Positions 15,311-20,000 of a stretch of 20,000 bases of DNA are shown one piece after another. The notes under the pieces are model-generated. The model made no database searches. It had not been told where the DNA came from and saw only the letters and a list, made by a program, of their open reading frames with translations. A program made the translations under genes and the position numbers. Position 1 is the first letter of the stretch; every line of letters begins with the position of its first letter. Origin of the DNA: an uncultured virus (IMG/VR IMGVR_UViG_3300016662_000010) (lineage: Duplodnaviria > Heunggongvirae > Uroviricota > Caudoviricetes); the IMG/VR virus record IMGVR_UViG_3300016662_000010, one strand, 5' to 3'.

Positions 15311-15330
15311 AAAAGGGGCCTTGAGGCCCC
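15311..15330 (-). terminator. Terminator-like hairpin immediately upstream of RNR alpha
   Basis: GGGGCC-TCAA-GGCCCC-TTTT. Confidence 0.6.
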
Positions 15331-15362
15331 GGGGGTGAACAAAGGTAGCCTAGCACCAAAGC

Positions 15363-15554
15363 TCAGTTGCAAATGCCATCTTCCGGTGCGTCTAGCTTGT
15401 CTTTAGCAAATAGCATGGCCTCAGCCTTGCTCCTGAACCAGTAGGGTTTGCCTTCATAGGCAATAAACCACTGAAAACCAGGACGGCTATAGCAAGGCCA
15501 TACTTTGATTTTACCAATGTACCATGGGTCAACGTATTGAGAAAGGGAAATCAT
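15363..15554 (-). CDS. Hypothetical protein (63 aa, aromatic-rich)
   Basis: ATG start; fits the co-directional small-gene array. Confidence 0.65.
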   Translation of the reverse strand: MISLSQYVDPWYIGKIKVWPCYSRPGFQWFIAYEGKPYWFRSKAEAMLFAKDKLDAPEDGICN

Positions 15555-15584
15555 TGCATCAAGGCTTTGGTTTATTGTAAGAGG

Positions 15585-15800
15585 CTAATCAATATCATTT
15601 CGTAACCATTGCAACAGTTGCCATCGCATTGTGGCAGCCAATGGGAAATAGCGTGGTTTTTGGTAATGTTGCCACAAGAGGGCATGGCCATAAAGGCTTA
15701 CGGTTCCCCAGTAAAGCGAAAAGGGATGGTCAAGAATGCTATTGGTCCAATGCACTGAACCAATCTGCCCACCATGGGAATCAACACGAATGATGATCAT
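15585..15800 (-). CDS. Hypothetical protein, paralog of 16001-16240
   Basis: VDSHGGQIGSVHWTNS motif; start ATG 15800. Confidence 0.65.
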   Translation of the reverse strand: MIIIRVDSHGGQIGSVHWTNSILDHPFSLYWGTVSLYGHALLWQHYQKPRYFPLAATMRWQLLQWLRNDID

Positions 15801-15804
15801 GGCG

Positions 15805-16008
15805 CTATGAACAAGTGTGGAGTTGAGTGTCAACTATGTTGTTGACTAAATCTCTTGTGGACAGTTCCTCTAAGCGTTCATGCGTAGACATTTCTCCATT
15901 CGCAAGCTCCTCGGCCATTGCCAGGGCTTCATGGAAATAGGCTGCTTCTAAAATCACTTCGGTTTGAACTTTGATATAGTCTGTGATCTGAAAGGTGTAT
16001 TCAGGCAT
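15805..16008 (-). CDS. Hypothetical protein (67 aa)
   Basis: Tightly packed in the array, acidic. Confidence 0.65.
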   Translation of the reverse strand: MPEYTFQITDYIKVQTEVILEAAYFHEALAMAEELANGEMSTHERLEELSTRDLVNNIVDTQLHTCS

Positions 16009-16240
16009 GATTGGCTAGACGCTGTAGAAGAGAGGAGACAATGGAGGGGAAAATAGGGCCTTCGTATTGCTCGTAGTAAAACCGCAAGCAGTCCCATGTG
16101 ACGCAGCCCCATCGAGAATGAGGAGCCGTTAGGACGGCTTGATCGTCCAATTCAACAACTGCCATATCAACAAGCTCAGTGTTGCTATTGGTCCAGAAGA
16201 TGCGGCCAATGTGGCCACCAGAAGAGTTGACGAAAATCAT
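16001..16240 (-). CDS. Hypothetical protein, paralog of 15585-15800
   Basis: VNSSGGHIGRIFWTNS motif; ATGA overlap with the upstream ORF. Confidence 0.65.
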   Translation of the reverse strand: MIFVNSSGGHIGRIFWTNSNTELVDMAVVELDDQAVLTAPHSRWGCVTWDCLRFYYEQYEGPIFPSIVSSLLQRLANHA

Positions 16241-16416
16241 GGCCTAGGAGGAAAATGAGAATGTCCAGAAAAGTGCAGCAGAGCGTCCCTAACAGTGATG
16301 TAGTCGCTCCTGACTTCCATGAGCGTTTGCCCGCCCATGGCAAGCGCCTGGAGGGACTCTAGAGCCTCCTCAAGCGTAGGAGGGGGCGATGGAGGGGAAT
16401 TAGGGGGAATGGTCAT
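16237..16416 (-). CDS. Hypothetical protein (59 aa, Pro-rich N-terminus)
   Basis: ATGA overlaps at both ends; MTIPPNSPPSPPPTLEEALESLQAL...; below the ORF-track cutoff. Confidence 0.6.
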   Translation of the reverse strand: MTIPPNSPPSPPPTLEEALESLQALAMGGQTLMEVRSDYITVRDALLHFSGHSHFPPRP

Positions 16417-16709
16417 GGTAGGAAGTCTTCTTGTGAGAAAAACCTAGGCTTAACTGGCTTACCAGTGAACGGGTTGGTGGGCTGCCGATCAGCTCCTGGG
16501 TCTGGATAGTTGATTGAGCAGATGAAGGGGCGTTGCAAGCCTAGGCTGTCAAGCCGGTGGTCGTCGAAGCGTCGTGGTCGCCTACGACTTGAGGACGGGT
16601 TGGTGTTCTTGTGGCTGAACCGGCTGAACCTTGGATGCCACGGCCAGCCAAACACAACCGCACTACAAGTGGCACCAATGGCAAACCATGCAAGACGAGG
16701 ATCAATCAT
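16413..16709 (-). CDS. Hypothetical protein with N-terminal hydrophobic segment
   Basis: LAWFAIGATCSAVVFGW; packed in the array. Confidence 0.55.
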   Translation of the reverse strand: MIDPRLAWFAIGATCSAVVFGWPWHPRFSRFSHKNTNPSSSRRRPRRFDDHRLDSLGLQRPFICSINYPDPGADRQPTNPFTGKPVKPRFFSQEDFLP

Positions 16710-16712
16710 AAG

Positions 16713-16955
16713 TCACAAGCCCCAAAGCCATTTGCCCAAAAACTTGGCAACATAGCCTGTATCACCACAGGTGTCGCAAGGTACATGAATCACTTTGCCA
16801 TAGGCATAATCTGGCCAGTCATCAAGACAGAACTCTTTGGCTTCTTGTTCTGAGCACCTTCGTTCCAAATCATCGTGAGGCCGTTCTTTTAAGGCATAAT
16901 CAATCCACCATTCCCCGCCAGCACCATCACAATCTAGGCACTTTATGGTTTCCAT
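16713..16955 (-). CDS. DnaJ-type zinc-finger-like small protein
   Basis: CLDCDGAG ... CDTCGDTG. Confidence 0.65.
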   Translation of the reverse strand: METIKCLDCDGAGGEWWIDYALKERPHDDLERRCSEQEAKEFCLDDWPDYAYGKVIHVPCDTCGDTGYVAKFLGKWLWGL

Positions 16956-17392
16956 TACTTTTCCTCCATTGCTTTCTTAACGGCCATGACGCCAGCCCTA
17001 GCAATATCACTAGCAGAACCATGGCTCCAAAATGATGGCACCAAAGCTCCAGTCTTGGCCATTGCATCACGAAAGTCTTGAATGAGCTTTTGTTGCTCTG
17101 CCGTGTAGGGCTCATTCTGCGCACTAGGCTTGCCTTTGGCAGCCTCTTCCATGGCCTGTTCCATTGCCACTTGAGCAACAGAAGCCGCCGCCAGGAAAGC
17201 CGCATGATCAGGCTCAATGCTCATGTAAGTGCGATGATGGCCAGTGGTGATGCAATGGACAAGACGAAAGGAGCCTGCTTCCATTAGATCGTGGTCGTGG
17301 TCCCGCCAGTCATTTGCATTGCCCCATGGAACATAGCGCCTGCCTTTCTTAGCGAAAAGCTGAATGCCAGAATCTAAGCTAGTGGTGTTCAT
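16955..17392 (-). CDS. Hypothetical protein (145 aa)
   Basis: TAATG coupling to the downstream gene; KKGRRYVP motif. Confidence 0.7.
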   Translation of the reverse strand: MNTTSLDSGIQLFAKKGRRYVPWGNANDWRDHDHDLMEAGSFRLVHCITTGHHRTYMSIEPDHAAFLAAASVAQVAMEQAMEEAAKGKPSAQNEPYTAEQQKLIQDFRDAMAKTGALVPSFWSHGSASDIARAGVMAVKKAMEEK

Positions 17393-17420
17393 TAGAGATT
17401 AGCCTCAATCCTCTTTGCTT

Positions 17421-17606
17421 TCAACGACGCTTCCATGATTTCCTCCAGATGCGAATGATACGACGAGTCCAAGAATAGGGAAGGACAATGGGCCAAAGCA
17501 AGCCTCCTATTGCTGCTCCAGTCCATTCCTGCCAAGAGTTTTCCCTGTTGGGCCTCACTAGCAAGAACATGGTTCCCCAGAAGCCAATAGCATAAAGTTC
17601 AGCCAC
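17421..17606 (-). CDS. Small predicted membrane protein
   Basis: Two hydrophobic segments with LLWPI and a basic tail. Confidence 0.6.
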   Translation of the reverse strand: MAELYAIGFWGTMFLLVRPNRENSWQEWTGAAIGGLLWPIVLPYSWTRRIIRIWRKSWKRR

Positions 17607-17847
17607 GATGCTCCTTGCTCAAAAGTTTTAGGGCAGCAATGATGTTCAGTTCACCATAGGCTTCATCAAATGCCCGGCAAGTGGCAAAGCTCATGGTTTC
17701 AGCTTCGCCTAAAGCACGATCATAGTCATCATCATCAAACATGGCATTAGAGAAACGCTGAGCAGCACAATTTGCAATGTTGAACCAATCTTCAAAATGA
17801 AGAGAGGAATCAATGGGCAAAGCAGAAGAAACAGGAAGGCTAATCAT
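17599..17847 (-). CDS. Hypothetical protein
   Basis: ATG 17847 (MISLPV) overlaps the upstream stop as ATGA. Confidence 0.6.
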   Translation of the reverse strand: MISLPVSSALPIDSSLHFEDWFNIANCAAQRFSNAMFDDDDYDRALGEAETMSFATCRAFDEAYGELNIIAALKLLSKEHRG

Positions 17848-18008
17848 TTGGCAATGGAGGAGCAAAGTTCAATGTTGTTATTGCCAAGTTCAGCCAGACA
17901 CCTCAGGATAAAATCCTGCCGTTGGTGAACTTGGAGACAGCAAATCAAAGCGACAGTTAAAGCAATAATGGCGATCGAAATGGCAAAGCCCAAACTGCTG
18001 GATGCCAT
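17844..18008 (-). CDS. Small membrane protein (54 aa), first gene after a strong promoter
   Basis: MASSSLGFAISIAIIALTVALICCLQVHQRQDFILRCLAELGNNNIELCSSIAK; not in the ORF track. Confidence 0.6.
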   Translation of the reverse strand: MASSSLGFAISIAIIALTVALICCLQVHQRQDFILRCLAELGNNNIELCSSIAK

Positions 18009-18034
18009 AGGCCCTGAGAAACGGTGGCCCTATG

Positions 18035-18063
18035 ACAATAGAGCTAGGAGCCTGGCCTGTCAA
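18035..18063 (-). promoter_or_regulatory. Sigma70-like promoter driving the small-gene array
   Basis: TTGACA-N17-TATTGT. Confidence 0.75.
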
Positions 18064-18179
18064 GCCTTTCCTGCCCATTGCCTCTGATTGTTAAGAAATC
18101 CTACAGTTTCAGACCGTCTCTAGCCCCTGTTTTCTGGCCATTTCCCTGACTTCCCTTGCTATCACTAGCTTTCCACTTC

Positions 18180-18503
18180 TTAAGCAAACATAAAGAGCAC
18201 GTTCTACGCGATATATGCTTAAAAGAGGGAACCGACATGGTTCCGACACTGAAGCAGGTTCAGTGTCTGCCAAAGGAGCTTTCGGCCTGAGCCCCCTCGG
18301 GGGGCTTTATTCGTAGCTCCGCTCCTTCTAGTTCCCTCTCAGGCCCCTCCTGCCTCAGGAGCCTCTGCCGGAAAGCCCTTTCGGCCAGAGCCCCCCAAGG
18401 GCGATGATTAGTAGGCTTTCCTCTCACAAGCTCCCTTTCAATAACGAATTAGTAAGCGGGAGCATTAGCCAGGCCCCCAAAAGGGCTTAGACGGGCTCCC
18501 GCT
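18180..18503. other. Non-coding block of nested inverted repeats (origin-like or structured RNA)
   Basis: Several 7-9-bp perfect stems, e.g. AGAGGGAAC/GTTCCCTCT, GACACTGAA/TTCAGTGTC, AGCGGGAGC/GCTCCCGCT. Confidence 0.6.
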
Positions 18504-18673
18504 GAAAGGCTTCTATAAAGGAAAATCAATTAAAGGACGCTCCTATACCAAGGGAGTAGTGTGGCCCCGACTAGGGAATGTATCGTTTGATACAGAATCA
18601 ATGGGGAAGAGGCTTGTTTGGAGAAGCAATGGGCAAAAGCAAAAGGAAACAATAGACAATCCCCTAGACAAAC

Positions 18674-18698
18674 AAAAAAGCCCCCTGAAAAGGAGGCC
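18674..18698 (-). terminator. Rho-independent terminator
   Basis: GGCCTCCT-TTTC-AGGGGGCT-TTTTT. Confidence 0.75.
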
Positions 18699-18726
18699 CT
18701 GTAACTATCGCCCTTATGGGCTCTGA

Positions 18727-19005
18727 CTATTGGGCCTCCTTGGCCTTGATCACAAGCACACAATTTACATCACCGCTAAGTACACGACGCAACTCTTCAT
18801 TCTCAACACTTAAGCTAATTGTTGCCTCTATCTTTTTACTTGGCGGACCATAAAATGCGCCTAGTTCTATTGTTTGCCTTGCGTCTCCCAATACATTCGC
18901 CTCGTAATTGCCTTTGCAGGATACAACTCGTAAATCGTGTTCAGACGTTTCGCCTTTAGCATTGATTACAACTAAGCCTAGGGCTGGAAGAGAAGTCATG
19001 GTCAT
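18727..19005 (-). CDS. Hypothetical protein (92 aa)
   Basis: ATG start, followed by a terminator. Confidence 0.6.
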   Translation of the reverse strand: MTMTSLPALGLVVINAKGETSEHDLRVVSCKGNYEANVLGDARQTIELGAFYGPPSKKIEATISLSVENEELRRVLSGDVNCVLVIKAKEAQ

Positions 19006-19045
19006 TGGTAATAAAACAATGGGAAAAGCTAATAGTGGCTAACGA

Positions 19046-19384
19046 TTATTCCTCCGCAATGTTCTCCTCAATCCAATTCGCAATGGCCAGAAAACTTAGC
19101 CCATCACCATCATTCATGTCTATCAACTTATCCTCTTGTCCATCCTCCATATCAACAAGCTGATGCAAAAACGTTGGCAAAACGTTCTTGTCTTGTTCCT
19201 CTCCTCGCTTATAGAGATACCCCATACTAGATGAATGCTCCCATTCCCCTTCGCCACTAATATCACACAACACTCCCAAACAACAAAACTCGTCCCTACT
19301 ATTCCTCAGCCTATACTTCCCTTGCTTATACCTCCCGCTCCTCAACGCCTCTAGCCACTGTGCCTTTAGCTCGCGTTTCATCAC
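19046..19384 (-). CDS. Widespread phage hypothetical protein
   Basis: WLEALRSGRYKQG...FCCLGVLCD...MND...F.AIANWIE; GGAGG Shine-Dalgarno upstream. Confidence 0.8.
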   Translation of the reverse strand: MMKRELKAQWLEALRSGRYKQGKYRLRNSRDEFCCLGVLCDISGEGEWEHSSSMGYLYKRGEEQDKNVLPTFLHQLVDMEDGQEDKLIDMNDGDGLSFLAIANWIEENIAEE

Positions 19385-19395
19385 CAGTCCTCCAT

Positions 19396-19420
19396 AAAAG
19401 AAAGCCCCTCTCGGGGCTTT
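19396..19420 (-). terminator. Hairpin / terminator
   Basis: AAAGCCCC-GAGA-GGGGCTTT-CTTTT. Confidence 0.55.
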
Positions 19421-19423
19421 GGC

Positions 19424-19452
19424 ACCTTACTCCCTCTCCTCCACCTAGTCAA
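19424..19452 (-). promoter_or_regulatory. Sigma70-like promoter
   Basis: TTGACT-N17-TAAGGT. Confidence 0.6.
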
Positions 19453-19494
19453 CTTCCACTGGTGGTGCCCTCTCGTCCTTACCGCAAAACTTGA

Positions 19495-19556
19495 ATGAAA
19501 AATGGTGGCGCTTCTAAAAGGATTTTCGGATGAAAAATGACGCCGCTTCTAAAAGG
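19495..19556. repeat. Imperfect 27-bp tandem repeat with 35-bp period
   Basis: ATGAAAAATGGTGGCGCTTCTAAAAGG (19495-19521) and ATGAAAAATGACGCCGCTTCTAAAAGG (19530-19556), 24/27 identical. Confidence 0.85.
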
Positions 19557-19632
19557 GGGTAGCCCTACATGCGGGCTCCCTGGAGAGCCCGTTACCGCGC
19601 CAGGAAGGGGGCAGAACCTGCCCCCGCGATTG

Positions 19633-19959
19633 TTATTTGGCAGGCTCACACAAGTAACGCCAAGTGCGATGCGTCCCGTCCGCTTCCGTTGTGACGGTTT
19701 TATCAAAATTAGGGTCAAAGCGGCTCAAAACCCCTACCACGTACTCATTTTTTTCGTCGAAGACTCTACCGCCCTCTTCATCGTATGCTTCGGGCGCTTC
19801 CAGTACCACAACCAAATCCAGGAATGGACGGAAGGCTTCGTCTCGTGAGTGCGGGCCGCTGCCGTTCCATCCGCTTCTGATAGCAGCATGCCGGTAGGTA
19901 TTATATTTTACGACGCCTCCGGCAGGCATCTGATCCAGCACTGACTGAAAGGTTTGCAT
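19633..19959 (-). CDS. Hypothetical protein (108 aa)
   Basis: ATG start; followed by the hairpin GGGGGCAG-GTT-CTGCCCCC (19607-19625). Confidence 0.65.
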   Translation of the reverse strand: MQTFQSVLDQMPAGGVVKYNTYRHAAIRSGWNGSGPHSRDEAFRPFLDLVVVLEAPEAYDEEGGRVFDEKNEYVVGVLSRFDPNFDKTVTTEADGTHRTWRYLCEPAK

Positions 19960-20000
19960 GATGGGATGTGATTCAGGACAAAGGAAGACTAAACCCAGAC

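Noticed and set aside
17890..18078. 62-aa ORF in the track
   Set aside because: It spans the TTGACA promoter; the alternative-frame 54-aa ORF (18008-17844) couples to the next gene
18530..18763. 77-aa minus-strand ORF
   Set aside because: It crosses an intrinsic terminator, overlaps the upstream gene and has no recognisable features

Overview
This window looks like part of a tailed dsDNA phage genome, most likely a picocyanobacterial phage, based on the P-SSP7/P60-type small ribonucleotide reductase pair, a CP12-like protein and a tRNA-Leu(TAA). From left to right: (1) a minus-strand head module with a DUF1073-type portal carrying a long multi-module C-terminal extension, a Mu-F-like minor head protein, and a five-gene modification cassette (GT4, DXD glycosyltransferase, DUF4422-like protein, 2OG-Fe(II) oxygenase, SAM methyltransferase), followed by small basic proteins apparently joined by a -1 frameshift; (2) a divergent plus-strand unit with a nuclease-like gene, TerL with a mini-intein in its Walker A motif, small ORFs including CP12-like, and tRNA-Leu; (3) a minus-strand region with a metallophosphoesterase, a promoter- and terminator-bounded ~470-nt non-coding unit containing several tRNA-like modules, a DNA methyltransferase, a small insert flanked by 36-bp direct repeats, RNR beta and alpha, and many small hypothetical genes; (4) a highly palindromic non-coding block near 18.2-18.5 kb and tandem repeats near 19.5 kb. 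The best candidates for undescribed biology are the tRNA-mimic-rich ncRNA (11190-11660) and the C-CCA-AAG frameshift with modular head proteins. Family assignments come from motif recognition by eye, not from database searches.
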